DNA of 61,909 nucleotides, filler included, from Hausera hauseri (GCA_046269625.1; 11 parts of 11 records of this genome joined end to end with filler, not necessarily neighbours in it), one strand, 5' to 3'; positions 12,919-25,589 are shown, numbered from the whole stretch's first letter. Translations and numbers: made by a program. The notes: a model not told the origin generated them from the letters alone.

Positions 12919-13276
12919 ATGCTTAAATCACGTTTTACGTTTAGCTCCATTGAGCTCAATCACTATGGACTACTCCTCTTGGGTGTGAAATTTCGCTTTG
13001 TGTTTCCATTCGACTGTGTGCCGCGTGACTTACGACAAACCGGTGGTTGTGGTTTTATTGTCAGTACACAAACGTCATCGTTACCGGGAGAATATTGGAT
13101 TGCTGTGTACGTGTATCCGACCGTCGTCAGAGTATTCGACCAGCTCGTATTTTACAATTGAAAGTCAGTCACTTCATCATAGTGTTCAATATAACAAGCT
13201 TCATTATCAACATCCACTGACCGTATTATGTGGAAATTACTGTTTATTGTGGCTTACGTTACAAACACTTTTGTGA
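12919..13276 (+). pseudogene. Polinton adenain-like cysteine protease, frameshifted
   Basis: FVFPFDCVP..FIVSTQTSSLPGEYWIAVY (catalytic H changed to Y) and VQYNKLHYQHPLTVLCGNYCLLWL. Confidence 0.85.
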
Positions 13277-14350
13277 ACAATTGCTGAACGCTTTCTGTTG
13301 CTTTTGTACAACAGCTTTGTGTATTTGAAATATTATTTTGTTACGTGTTAATGCTTATGGCGGTTTCCTCGACTGTTAAACTCAGATTTCACCGTTGTCG
13401 TTTACGTACAACGACAATAAAACTTTGTACGTACAATTTGACACATTTTACAATTACACAGTTTTAACAACGCGTTTCGTGTTATTTTTCACTATCTTAC
13501 AATCGTCTGATCGTGAGGTGTCTATAATATGAAATGCTGAACTCATGACGGGCTGCGTGCCCAACCGATTTCTATCACCGGTCGACTTGCACAAGGGGTA
13601 ATTTTTTCAGTTTGGAAATTTCCCCTGCGTTTTTCCCCATGTTCCAATGTTCGAACGAGATTGAAACCGTGTCCATTCGATTTGCCGATATAGATTTCAC
13701 CTTTGTATCGAGTATTAGCGTGCTAGCAACGTGTGTCGCATTACATGTGGTACATTTCCAGTTTCTCATTTTTGCTCTCTAGCTCCTCACAATTATGTTT
13801 GTGAGCTTCCCCGTGCCATAAACTTTTTCTTGTCTCATCACGCGCTACCGACTTGACTCGGTCCACGGTCCATTGTTCTACCTCCTTTTCGGCCAAGGCG
13901 AGGTCGTGGGTAAAAATTTTAGTGAAATGATCGTTATAACCAATCAGGTGGGAAAAATGGTTTTCTGACCAATCAGAGGAGTGCGGTAGAGAGGACACTT
14001 CTACCTTCTCAAGAAGTATCAGTATTTCAAACTATTATACTGAATTTAGATATTGATAAAGGTAAATAGTATTTGTTATAAAATATAAAAAGTTGTCTTA
14101 ATATTGAGAATTTCGTCCATATATGTGTTTCGCACCAATGTCGTGTTCCTTGTGAGAATCAATAGATTTATTTATTAATCAGTTTAGTAAAAATTCGTTA
14201 TAGATCTTCATAAATCGTCTATCCTTAAATGTAGCAGTATATAATTGCTCATGTGTTAACAAAATACATTGTTATATTTTGCTATCGTTTTATAAATTCG
14301 ATTTGATTCGTCTTTTGATTTTATTAATATTAATGTAAGAATATTTTTAG

Positions 14351-14989
14351 TAACTTATATGGTAACGAAGAAATTATGGTGCAACAGCTATTAACTGTCC
14401 TTCAAAACTGGGGGTCTAAACGAATTAGTATCAGTGAATTTTGTTCAAAATTTAACATTACTGGTGATTCTATCAAACAAGTAGAAGTCCTTTTCAAATT
14501 TTATGATAAGGTTTATATTTTTAGATATTTCTGTTCAATTTTTTACCTTGTTTTATTTTAGGCCAAAGCAGGAGCAATTAATTTAAGAGAATTTGTATCA
14601 CATGTTGCTTTATATTCCATGCCTTACAGTAGAAAAAAAGCTTTTTCAAGCGCCTTTCAAGTTTGTTTTTACATAATTTCGATGAGACATTTAGTGGTGG
14701 TTATTGAAAAATTCAGGCATTCAAATTGACTTCATCGTTTGATGATTGTACCGCATACAACGAAACTTTACGACACGTCTTTGTGCTCAGTCATGATGAA
14801 GTTAATGAAATATTTACTCTGATTCAAGCTCAGACTGAAAATTATACCATAAGTATAGATACTTTGGAAGAAATGATGCAACTGATAAATGGACCTTTTA
14901 ATATTTCTCAGAATTATTTCGATCAATATAATCTCCGTAAAAGATCACGAACCAAAAATCCTGAAATCTTAAAACCAGAAAATGTTTGA
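14351..14989 (+). CDS. 3' exons of an LPCAT1/2-like acyltransferase (EF-hand-like C-terminal region)
   Basis: Splicing GT-AG introns 14511-14561 and 14661-14716 gives RISISEFCSKF..LFKFYDK|AKAGAINLREFVSHVAL..AFQ|AFKL..LRHVFVLSHDEVNEIFTLI, similar to the LPCAT C-terminus. Confidence 0.55.
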
Positions 14990-15469
14990 TGTTTATATTT
15001 GACTATAAATATTGATACGCATAAGCAACATATACAAGAAAATGTATTACAACTGGAGTGAACGACAGAAATGATTATCAGAAATTGACATCGAAAATTC
15101 GTGTTTGTTATGATTTTTATTTTTTTACAGTTTGTTCAAAACGATTCTAGTCATTCAATAGGCAATAATTGATGATTATGAATATTATTTTGTCTCTGTT
15201 TTAATGCAATGATTTCAGTTTATTTGTTGATTGATCGAATTTTTTCTTGTGTAATGTGTCTAGCATTATTTCAATCATGTATGTATACACGAAAGCTTTT
15301 AATCGTATTCATGCTATTGGTTCTTTTGTAAGTTTTTTACGAGATTGTGAAGTTATTGTATATTATCTTTTTATGGCTATATTGTTGGATAATAACTGAT
15401 TTATGTTGATTTATAAATAACACCGTCTTTTATTTTCAATCAACAAGACGAATATTCAAAAAAATCTAA

Positions 15470-15778
15470 TCATAATTGTCGGAGTTCTTTTTCCAATCCG
15501 TACATCATTGCTTTTAAGTCTTTCAATTGACCAGACAATTGATTGGACTTTCTTGCCGTTTGTTTTACCTCTCGCAAAACGGCTAGGTCTAAATTATCTG
15601 GTATGTTATTGCCATTTGAATTATTGAAAGCTATTTGATCGCCGAGACCGAGCATTACCTATTATGTATAAATGAAAATTAAAGCTGTGTAGCAAAAAAA
15701 TTGGATGTGTTAGTCGTTTAACTTGCATTAAATTTCTTTTTAGGTTTCGGATTCTTACAAAAAGTTCTGTCAGATTTC
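15470..15778 (-). CDS. Last exons of an unidentified coiled-coil host gene
   Basis: NLTELFVRIRNLKRNLMQ, then a GT..AG intron of ~65 nt, then VMLGLGDQ..LEKELRQL*. Confidence 0.45.
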
Positions 15779-16035
15779 TACTAATATTGATTTTTTAGAA
15801 CTACACTGAACCATTGTAAATCATGGTTTATTTTATAACAAATAGTCAGAGATATGTAAAATATAATGTTGATCAATAACATGAAAAAATGTTTTGCCAA
15901 CAAAACCAAAATAAGGAAATAAAGCATTTAAATATGACGGCATTGTGTATTTGTTCAATGCTCTTTTCGCAATGTTTAGAAATTTTGAATATTAATAAAA
16001 TATTCGTACCTTTTCTTGGGTTAATATTCTTTTTA

Positions 16036-16758
16036 CCCTTTGAGGGTCAAGTGAGAATTTATGCGCGCTTTTTGTAGGTTTCATAAGCTCAAGAGCGTCT
16101 TAATACGTCATTCATTTAATGCTACGTTACGCACGTATAATTGATCTTCGCTATTTTTGCTCTTATTTATTAGGTTTGTCATAGATATTCTACGTAATTA
16201 GTTTATATAAAATAAGTGAATTTTCGATCGTTTCCAACAGTGGACACCAGCTCTTTTCATGGAACACGTACAAGCAGATATGTAAGTCTTATGCACTACA
16301 TGACCAGAAACGATATACCAGATGACGGTTATGTCAGCGATACTGATGAAAACGGCAGAGACATTGAAGAACATCTTGATTCTGAATCTGATATTGGAAG
16401 TAAAACTGAAAGTGACATTTCTGAAAATGAATCAACTGACGAATTGGAGGCAGATGATTCTTCCTTAAGTTGTTTTAGTGGTAGTGGTGACACCAGCAGG
16501 TTCAATAACAACTGGCAACTGGTCTTCAGTGTGCTAGTTACAAAACTGCCAAGGTCATTTACTTCTGACAGTGGATCATTTGTTGTTCTAGCGGCTGATG
16601 CAAAACCAAGGAATTACTTTGGATTGTTGTTTTCAGAGTCATTATTCAATCTGATCTGCATTGAGACCAACAGACATGCAGACCAGAGAAACTACGCTTT
16701 GCGTCAAGTGTATCAATTTTCGGCGTAATTTGGCAAAATAATCTTGGGCTTCAGATGG
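16036..16758 (+). mobile_element. Internally deleted piggyBac element
   Basis: Left end CCCTTTGAGGGTCAAG; right end (reverse complement) CCATCTGAAGCCCAAG, 11/16 identical. Flanks TTTA and TAAA resemble decayed TTAA. The ORF has an acidic N-terminus plus PRNYFGLLFSESLFNLICIETNRHADQ, typical of piggyBac transposases. Confidence 0.75.
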
Positions 16759-16844
16759 TAAATATTAGATTTAGTGTTTTTATGTTCGACTGCTATAAAA
16801 ATACTCATCTAATATTCGATTTATAATATGTAGTTACTAATTTG

Positions 16845-17404
16845 AGTAGGTAGAAAATGGGAAGTCTGCACCACCGCCTCCGGGAGGTGTGCGAATCGCT
16901 AAATCAATTTGTACATGTGCCAATCGATAATGCACATGGAGAACTATCGATCGGTAATGTGCTAGGCGACGTGCCATTAGCACCCTTGCTATGCACATTT
17001 CACAAATCGATAGCTGCACATTGCACAAACGATCGAATCGATCGGGACAAAGTGCTAATCGATACTGCACATCAAGGCGCATCTTGATATTCATAGTGCA
17101 GGTGCGCAGAACATGTGCAAGTGTGCAAAAATCAATAATATCGGTTTTCCGATGTCCTATATTGATGATTAGCACACGACACCGGGTGCAATCGATTGGA
17201 AATATGGTGCAATATGTGAATGTGCAATTAGAATTTAAATCTATCTAGTGGATTTCGAATAATATCGACCCAAAGTGCAACTGGTGCAGACCTGCCTTAG
17301 TTTTATTAGGTCCCAAGGAGTCCAAATTCGACAAATGTTTAAGCGGGAACATATGGGAAGTGCCACAAAATATAATCTGAGTCTTCTATCTCACATTTCC
17401 GAAA
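16845..17404. repeat. Copy of an unclassified interspersed repeat also present at 19510-21450
   Basis: Collinear similarity with 19510-19920, e.g. gataatgcacatggagaactatcgatc vs gataatgcacacggagcactatcgatc, and aatgtgcaattagaatttaaat in both. Both begin AGTAGG..CCGGG(A/G)GGTGTGC. Confidence 0.85.
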
Positions 17405-17504
17405 NNNNNNNNNNNNNNNNNNNNNNNNNNNNNNNNNNNNNNNNNNNNTTAATTAATTAANNNNNNNNNNNNNNNNNNNNNNNNNNNNNNNNNNNNNNNN
17501 NNNN

Positions 17505-18257
17505 GATTCTGGATATCCGGACAAAGTCACCTATTTTATATTTTTTATTATTTTGTTTCTTGTTATTTCTGCTGCTGCTGCACAATATTAAGTCATTTGT
17601 AACATCAACCGGTTTTAACCCATTGATACCTCCATGTTCTGAATGATTGTAAGCATGGGTGATTTTCGGTAAAACATCTATACATTTCTTATTTCCCTGT
17701 TTCGTAAAATATTTATTAAGCCGACTTCGTAAAGTACGATTTAACCGTTCAACTAATGCAGCTTTATACTGTGCAAATACCGAATAATGATTAATTTTAT
17801 ATTTCTCTAATATAGACTGTACGGAACTATTAAAAAATTCTTTACCCAGATCCGTTTGCAATGATTTTGGTTGTTCCCTTTCCAACATATGCATTACCGC
17901 CTCACGCATATCTTTTTCTAATTTTGATTTTACTGGAACCATTGGCCAAAGTGAATTTATTCCCGCAACGCGGTATTTACGTGTCATAAACCGTTTTCTC
18001 ATCGGCCGGTTTAGACTGTATGCCAATTGCTTTCTCAACCAATTTGCTACCTGTGCCTTTGTCGCATTTGCGGCTTTTGCAGATCTTGCAACTCCCGAGT
18101 AACCTACTGCTCTTCGGGGTTGAATCATAACTTTTTCATCGACTGCATCATCACCATAATCATTATCCGAAACACAACAAATACGTCGAATGTTTAAATT
18201 ACCATTTGGTAACGATGGTGTAGAACCCATAAAATATTTGTTTTTCTGATTAAGCAT
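17505..18257 (-). pseudogene. Polinton rve integrase with an internal deletion
   Basis: WLRKQLAYSLNRPMRKRF; LQTDLGKEFFN; KAALVERLNRTLR; YKIGDFVRIS. The QMD..DVFSRF segment present in contig 6 is missing. Confidence 0.9.
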
Positions 18258-18261
18258 TTGT

Positions 18262-18492
18262 TTATATTAATAAATTATCAGCCATTGCATCGATCGCTTT
18301 GGCTGCTGCATACCCACCCGCTGATGTTGCTGCTCTAAGGGCTGCAGCTTTTTCAGCTGCAGCCAAAATGGGTATTAATGCTGCCAATACAAAATAATTT
18401 CCATCTTGATTAATTGACCTGTTCCTTGTTAACATTGTCCCTATAGAGCGTATCAATTCTGGATTATTTGCCGCTATTCGTGCAAGTGACAT
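18262..18492 (-). CDS. Small adenovirus pX-like virion core protein
   Basis: NQDGNYFVLAALIPILAAA resembles adenovirus pX GGFLPALIPIIAAA; lies between the ATPase and integrase genes. Confidence 0.55.
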   Translation of the reverse strand: MSLARIAANNPELIRSIGTMLTRNRSINQDGNYFVLAALIPILAAAEKAAALRAATSAGGYAAAKAIDAMADNLLI

Positions 18493-18560
18493 CAGTCAGC
18501 CAGCAATATTTATTGATGGTACTATAAATCCACATATTCGTTAACGTCTTTTACCATCTC

Positions 18561-18900
18561 CTATTTGACGAATTTCTGGCGATCCATAATATTGTTGTTG
18601 GTTTTCGATTTTTTTTTCCCTCTTTTCCTTTTTGTTTGTTCTACGGGAAAGTAATTTTCAAGAGTTCGTTTTTTGACTGCATTACTCATACCCTTAGCCA
18701 TATCCACAAGAGCATCTCGATGCTTATTTATCCGCTGTTTTTGTCTTCCGATATTCAGACGACCCAAAACAATATGTTGTAAAATATCCATAAAGGCATT
18801 AAGTACAAACGAAGGGAGTGCTGAATGTAAAGTTTGCCATCTTTGGTTTGCTGGTGTGCGGAGAAGCATTTTAAAGTATGGTATACACCGTTAAAAACGT
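18561..18900 (-). pseudogene. Polinton small basic protein
   Basis: MDILQHIVLGRLNIG..RDALVDMAK aligns with MEIFYNIVVGCVDIG..RLIDLAN in contig 6 (~29620-29720). Confidence 0.55.
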
Positions 18901-19119
18901 CATTGTTGTTGTTCTTTCGGTCCGCTTCTGTTGGGCACACAAATCAATACTTTCTCAAAACTCATTTATTTTTTCTGAATTATTGTGCAACTTTGTTTAT
19001 ACCCGTACCCTTTTGTTTACTTCTTCGTTTGATATTCAAACGTCTTTCTCTTCCTTTTGTTTGTCGTACCATTACTTACTACATTTCTTTTTTCTGTCAC
19101 ACTATTTTGTTTATAAATT

Positions 19120-19512
19120 GTTATATTCTTCGTATTAAATACATCGGTTTTAACACGCACATAATCTGGACACTGTTATGTAAATTCAATAAATAAATAG
19201 CCAAGTGGTTTCTATGTTGCATCATAAAATGCGTCTATAAGAAATCCATTATTGTATGGAAATGTTTAGCGAGCCACAAACTCCACAACTGTTTGATCTC
19301 GCAGATTCTTAAATAATACCAAATACTGAACATTGAGATTACGAGTTCGATGCTGACCACCTTGGTGAAATTCTCATCGAACCCATCAATTAACGTTATA
19401 TTATTTAGTTTACAGAATTTCTTCTGTGTTAATCCGAATTCACCACCACCTCCTTGATGCAAGTAAATATGTCGGAAACGGTTTTTAAACAGATGATTGC
19501 TGTGAAGCAAGT
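19120..19512 (-). pseudogene. Polinton A32/FtsK-like packaging ATPase remnant
   Basis: IDGFDEN joined to HQGGQHRTRNLNVQYLVLFKNLRDQ..FLIDAFYDAT*KPLGYLFIEF..VRVKTDVF. Walker B is deleted and Walker A is replaced by a repeat insertion. Confidence 0.8.
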
Positions 19513-22030
19513 AGGAGGAAGATTGCGGTTTGGTCCCACCCCCGGGGGTGTGCCCATCAATGTTGCATACGTGCCAAGCGATAATGCACACGGAGCACTA
19601 TCGATCCATAGAGTGCTAGGCTACGGTTCCGCTAGGCACAGTTGCTAAGGGCACTTTTGCACTTGTGACAAATCGATCGCTGCACAGTGCAGTATTGATA
19701 GAATCGATCGGTCACAGTGCTAATCGATAGTGCACATCAGTGCGCAACGACTGGTGCACAATCCAAGTGTGCAGCACATGTACAAGTGTGCAAAAATCAA
19801 TAATATTGAATTTCCGATATTTCCAATATTGCTGATTAGCACCTTAAACCGGGTGAAATCAATAACCCATGTGATGCAGTATGTGAATGTGCAATTAGAA
19901 TTTAAATCGGTTGATTGGTGTTCAAATGATTTCCAAGTGGGACCGAATCGCCACAGACCTTTTCGCTATAAATTTTAAATCAATAATACCAATGTGGCGC
20001 ATATACTAGCATGTGTAGTACTTGACGTATTTTTGATCAGTGCCAAACTTGAGTGCGGTGTGCTCTTGGATAAGTTTTCCAGGGCACTTTTTCACTTTGC
20101 ACACTTTTGCAGTTGTGCAGCGTAGTACTGATGGAATTGATCGGGGTCAAGTGCAGGTGGATAGAGCACAGCGAGATGCATCTTTATACATATTGTGCAG
20201 TGCAAAACATGTGTGCAAGTGTGCAAAAATCAATATCGAATTTCCGATATTTCCAATATTGACGATTAGGACATGTGACAGGCTGCATTCGAACACAAAC
20301 ATTCTTTAGTATATGAATGTGCAGTTAGAATTTAAATTTATCCATTAGTTATCGATTAATATCGATCCAAATTGCAAATTTGCCAATATTTCCACAGGTC
20401 TTTTAGGCCCTAGGAAGCAAAATTCAATATAACATTGAGCGGGGACAGATAGGAAATGGACTATGCCGATCTCGAATCTCGAGTCAAAATTCAAAATTGG
20501 AATATTTTCGAGCTCGAATATCGAAGTTCGAACTATTCAAAAAATTTAACAGCGGTAATCGATTCCACATATATGAAAACCCCTTTGTACATAAAAATTA
20601 TTCCATGAAAATGTACTGTATAGGTATAAAATCAATATTTCGAATTAAGCAAAATGTGCATTTGAAGTCCAGTAAAGCGGAAATCGAAAAATCTAATAAC
20701 GGGGCTGGATAGGAAAGCATATATGCCGAATCGGAATATGGCAACAGGTATTCGAATTCGAGCTTACAACTAGAATACTTAGCTACTCGAACTCGAAAAC
20801 TCGGTCAAGCATGCATTATTCGAAGAATCTAATGACATCATTCGATTCCTCATATAGGAAGTCCTATAGGGCAATCAATATTATTGCAGTGCAGTGCATT
20901 TCAGTGTATAAAAACAAGGTTTATCCAATATGGTAAAAGCACTTAATAAATACTAATTAAATATTATATTGATTAAGCAATTGAGGTGAATTTGAAGGTG
21001 AAGCACACTAAAATCAATAAATCTTTAAGCGCACATGGATAGGAAAGCATACATGGCGATTACGAATCCGATGTCAGATATTCGAATACGTTATTCGAAA
21101 TCCATTAATTATCGATTCGAACTCGAAAACTCGGTCAAGAATGCATTATTCGAAGAATCCGATGGTTTTATTCGATTCTACATCTGTGAAAACCTTGTAT
21201 GAAATGGACCACGTTCGATGAATCCTTACCGAGTAAATTGAAAAATTTACAAGTATGTGTGCGCGCTTTAATTAACTTGATTTTCAAGGTGAGGGGTGCA
21301 AGAATCGATAAATCTTTAAGCGTAGGTAGATAGGAAAACATGTATGGGGAGTCCGATTATGACGTCAGAAGTTCGAATATCGGTTCACAAGTCGAATATT
21401 CGAGAATCCATAAATTCAGGTGTTTCACTGAATTTCAAGATGATGATGAATTAAATTTGGTGGGTTTGTTAATTTTATTCAATTGATGCATTAAAACAAA
21501 TGCATTATATTAGCAATACAAACGCAATATCATGAAAATACATAATCACAGATTCATACATGTGTGTCTTACCTTGGCTTTTGTTTAAATTAATCAATTT
21601 TCGAAATATGTGACAAGTTCATGTTATTTGGTGCATTAAAACAAATGCAGTATGTTAGCAATAACAAATGCAATATGATGGTATAAGTACGTGACAAGTT
21701 CATGTAATTAATACATTGAAACAAAAATACATTATGTTGGCAATGCAACGTGTTGACAACAATATACAATGCCAAATTTACCCTACCATTAAAAATTATT
21801 AACTTTCCTTACATGTGTTTTGTTTTAATGCATCAGTAATCAAATGGAGAATTCTGTTCACAAGTCGAATACTTGAAAATCGATAAAGTCCGACGTTTTA
21901 CTGTGAATGTCAAGTGATAAATCACATTTAGCGGGCAAAACAATTTAATTGGTACATTAAAACAACACGCTGGCAATACAAGTGTAACATGTTGGCAACA
22001 ATATGCAGTGCCTTGTTTACACTACCATTA
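19510..22030. repeat. Composite repeat with nested internal tandem duplications
   Basis: Unit A at ~19648-19920 and ~20080-20345. Unit B (GATAGGAAA..ATG.CGA..TTCGAA) at ~20440, 20700, 21030 and 21320. Duplicated unit C in 21480-22030. Rich in ATCGAT, GTGCAC and TTCGAA palindromes. Confidence 0.8.
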
Positions 22031-22039
22031 GGGGGAACT

Positions 22040-23580
22040 AGTGCGGGAATATATCAGGATTGCAGGGAATAGAGAGGGAATATACAAAGATAATAAGGAA
22101 TTATGAAGGAATACGTCAGTATTATGGAGGATTACAAGGAGAGAATATATCAGGAGTATAGGGATTAAGGAGAGGATATGCCAGGATGATAAGGAATTAA
22201 TAGGGAATATATCATGATGATAAGGAATTAAGAGGGGATATATGAAGATAATAAGGAATACTGAGGGAATGTATAAGGAATAGAGAGGGAATATATCATG
22301 ATAAATATGGAATATATGTGCAATGTAGGGAAGGAATATATGGGCAACATATGGGAATATATGCTGTGTGTTTGTCTGTATAGGTAAAATGCAATAAGGG
22401 AAATGTATAGTTTAGATATATGTCTGTGTGCATATGCATGTGTCTGTGTGTGTGTTTTATAGTTATGATAGAGGCAATATGTGTAATATATGGGGTAATA
22501 TATGGGATACTTGTGATATAAGTTAATGTATTAATCAATACATGTAATATACAAGCAGTACGTAAGTAAAATATAGCTATGTAGATTGATATTTAGCTGT
22601 ATGGAGATATATAGAACCATTTATCTAGGCAGACACAAGTAGATATTTAGATCTATATTGACATATGTGAAGATATGAATAGATATATAGGATATGTAGA
22701 TTGATATTTAGCTATGTTGAGCAATGGAGATCTGTGTATTTAGAACTATGTTATAAAGAGCCATGTACTGCTATGCGGAGACACATAGATCTATATTTAG
22801 CTATATAATTCATAAGTAAAGATTCTTGGATCTATACTTAGTTATGTAGAGATATGAATAGATATATAAAGATATGTAGTTCTATACTTAGCTGTGTAGA
22901 GATATGTAAAGTTATACTGCATCAATAAAATCAATACATTAGGAAATATATGTAAAATAATGTAATGTAGGAAATATGTCTTTTGTGTGTGATTAAAATA
23001 CAATAAGGGAAATGTATATCTAAAATATATGCTGTGTGTATGTGCATGTAAAATGTGAGTAACGTAGGAAAATGTATAGCTCAGATATATGTTGTATGTG
23101 TGCTTGTCTGTCTGTACATGTAAGTAACCTAAGGAAGAAATGGTTAAAATATATGTCTGGGTGTGTGTATGTTTGTGTGTGATTAAAAATGTGAGTAACT
23201 TGAGAAATGAATGATTAAGATATATGTCTGTGTCTGTGTCTCTCTATGTGTTTGTCTGTGCTTGTAAAATGTAAGTGACCTGAGAAAAAGTATATCTCAG
23301 ATATATGTCTGTACGCTTGTCTCTGCATGTAAAATGCGACTAGCATGAGAAAAGGTGTAGCTCAGATATATGTATGTGTATTTGCTTGTGTGGGTAAAGT
23401 GCTAGTAACTTGAAAAACGAATAGCTCAAATATATGGTGTGTGTGTGTGTACATGTGTATGTATGTACTTGTCTGTACATGTAAATTGCAACTAACCTAA
23501 GAAAAAGTATAGCACATATATATGTCTGTATGCTTGTGCTTGTAGTTGTCCATGCATGCAAAATGTAAGTAATCTGAGAA
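22040..23580. repeat. Degenerate minisatellite and low-complexity arrays
   Basis: GGAATA/AGGGAATAT units (22040-22350), TAGATATATA/TTTAGCT units (22570-22915), ATATATGTCTGTGTG..GTAAAATGT..GAGAAAA units (22960-23580). Confidence 0.85.
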
Positions 23581-23680
23581 NNNNNNNNNNNNNNNNNNNN
23601 NNNNNNNNNNNNNNNNNNNNNNNNTTAATTAATTAANNNNNNNNNNNNNNNNNNNNNNNNNNNNNNNNNNNNNNNNNNNN

Positions 23681-23788
23681 ACCATCACATCAAAAAAGAA
23701 AGCACTGGATCCCTTTGACGATAAACGACACTGGGTTCATAAAAACCACAGTGTCGCATATGGACGTTATTCTATTTTATGTAAATAA
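23681..23788 (+). pseudogene. C-terminus of a Polinton protein-primed DNA polymerase B
   Basis: TITSKKKALDPFDDKRHWVHKNHSVAYGRYSILCK* matches the K.AL..DDKR....AYGH terminal motif. Confidence 0.85.
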
Positions 23789-23879
23789 TTTTTTATTTCT
23801 TATGCCTTGCTTTGTTCCAGAGAAACCGCTTTGTTCCAGGGTAGGAAAACCGCTTTGTTCTTAACTAAAACAATTAGTA

Positions 23880-24046
23880 AAACCCACCTTTGCTCCCTGA
23901 TTGGTCAGTTTTCCTTACCCCGCGATGACGTGTCCTCTTCCCATTCGACAGTTTCACTTCCCCCGATGACGTGTTCTCCTCCTATTGGCTTCCTTCCCAG
24001 GGGGTGTTTGGGGCGAACTACTCCCTTCCTACTACTTCCAACTACT
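23880..24046. repeat. Probable Polinton terminal inverted repeat / right end
   Basis: GC-rich block after pPolB with TGATTGG (CCAAT) and two GATGACGT motifs, ending in three ACTACT copies (24017-24046). This is the reverse complement of the canonical (AGT)n Polinton terminus. Confidence 0.65.
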
Positions 24047-24749
24047 GAACATGGTCTGCAGATAGGTTATCGGCATCACGGCTCACGAATCTAAATTATC
24101 TCCTCAAGGCCTTTTAACATTCATCACAAAGTAAATCATCTGTCATAACTTTATCATGCGTAATTACGGATTATCTAATTACGGCGATTATCTAATTATT
24201 TAACGAACGACAATTCAAAATAATAATTTACATGGTTTAGTTAATCCAACAGTAATTCAATTTTAAGAATACGTAGAATGCAAGTCTTACCAGTCGAACT
24301 CTCAGCATTCTAATCATTGTACGTGCATCAGCATCTCAGTTTGTATGGCTTCCAGCATTTAGTTGAATATTTTGATAATCCATTTATCCATAGGTGTACG
24401 GTATTAAAAAGCTCAGCCGAGTCGCATGAATTAAACAGATTATCCTCCTTTGAGTTATTATTGAATATCAGTGTGAATTCCGCTTTGCACGTCAATCTAT
24501 TATTCAAATATCGACAGGAAATTCTAGCAACCAGTAAAATTCTTATCTCGAATTATAGTCGATTGCTTTTACCTTCACGTATAATAATTCAATATTCGAA
24601 CCTAGAGGTAAACTTTTGCAGCAAGAATTATGGTTATTTCTAAACATTGATAGCAGTTTGAATACTGCTTTTGAGAGTTATTTTTGAAACCGATTACAAA
24701 AATTACTAAAATTTTCCTTCGGGTTTTTGCATACGGAACCGAACTTTAT

Positions 24750-24905
24750 CAAAATTGAATCCGCAATTATTGAAATTGATGTACCATTTTCTATATGGAT
24801 CTGAAATTTACCGAAATTGAATCCGTAATTATTGAAATTGATCTCCTACCATTTTCTATATGGATCCGAAATTTACCAAAATTGGATCCGTAATTATTGA
24901 ATATG
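24750..24905. repeat. About 2.5 tandem copies of a ~62-bp unit
   Basis: aaattgaatccg(c/t)aattattgaaattgat..taccattttctatatggatc.gaaatttacc is repeated. Confidence 0.9.
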
Positions 24906-25589
24906 ACGTTCGTGCACTTCTACGTTTAGGAATTTTTGAAAAAGATTTGTATAGCAGTTATCAACCGACCAGGGTCTGCGGGAAAACTTGTTGGGTACCG
25001 GTCTTAATTAACTAAAAATCGTTTATTTAACCGGAAATTTTTGTACTTCAAATTAGAATGGAATTTGTAATTCGTTTCCTTGGCGGTTTCAAGGTATGGC
25101 GATTCTTCTGGAGCAGCTCTTAGTGAGATTTAATGTGTAATAATGGATTCTTGTGTTTCCAGAAGAAACATTTCTCAGCTGTTTCACGACAAAATGTCCC
25201 GGTCGGAAGCATGCACTATTGTGTTCACTAACTTGCATTGGCATTTATGCATTATGTGGTACATCACATTGGTACGCGTATGTTTCATGTTCCATTTTGC
25301 ACATTATTTATTTATTTATTATTTTGCATATTTTATTACTTTGCCGCTCTGGCTAACAACAATCTACAATTTACACGAATGGTGAAGATACCATCAAGTG
25401 GTTTAACGTAATCAAAAACAAAAATATATACAACGGTTTATTACTCATACACAAATATTCACATAGTCATAGTCAACTATTTGAATTGCAGAGATTTTGA
25501 ATCACAGTATATTTAGCAATGCTGTTGTTCTAACATCACACAACTGAATGTTAATGTACATTCGTTTTCTGTTTGGTTAGGATTTTCCG

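Larger units (their letters stand above)
17505..19510 (-). mobile_element. Decayed Polinton fragment: ATPase, basic protein, small core-like proteins, integrase
   Basis: Same gene order as contig 6 and clearly homologous to it. Confidence 0.88.

Noticed and set aside
13575-13998. Minus-strand ORFs with a CTTC motif after the Polinton protease
   Set aside because: Possibly a decayed accessory gene, but I could not recognise a family to support a call.
16837-17460. Overlapping short ORFs in the repeat (also 19454-20712)
   Set aside because: Frames are not conserved between repeat copies and there are no protein motifs.
20430-21400. Periodic palindromic repeats as a CRISPR array
   Set aside because: Units are ~300 bp, degenerate and similar throughout, with no unique spacers and no cas genes, in a eukaryotic context.
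24100-25400. Short ORFs between the Polinton end and the gypsy fragment
   Set aside because: No motifs recognised in any frame examined.
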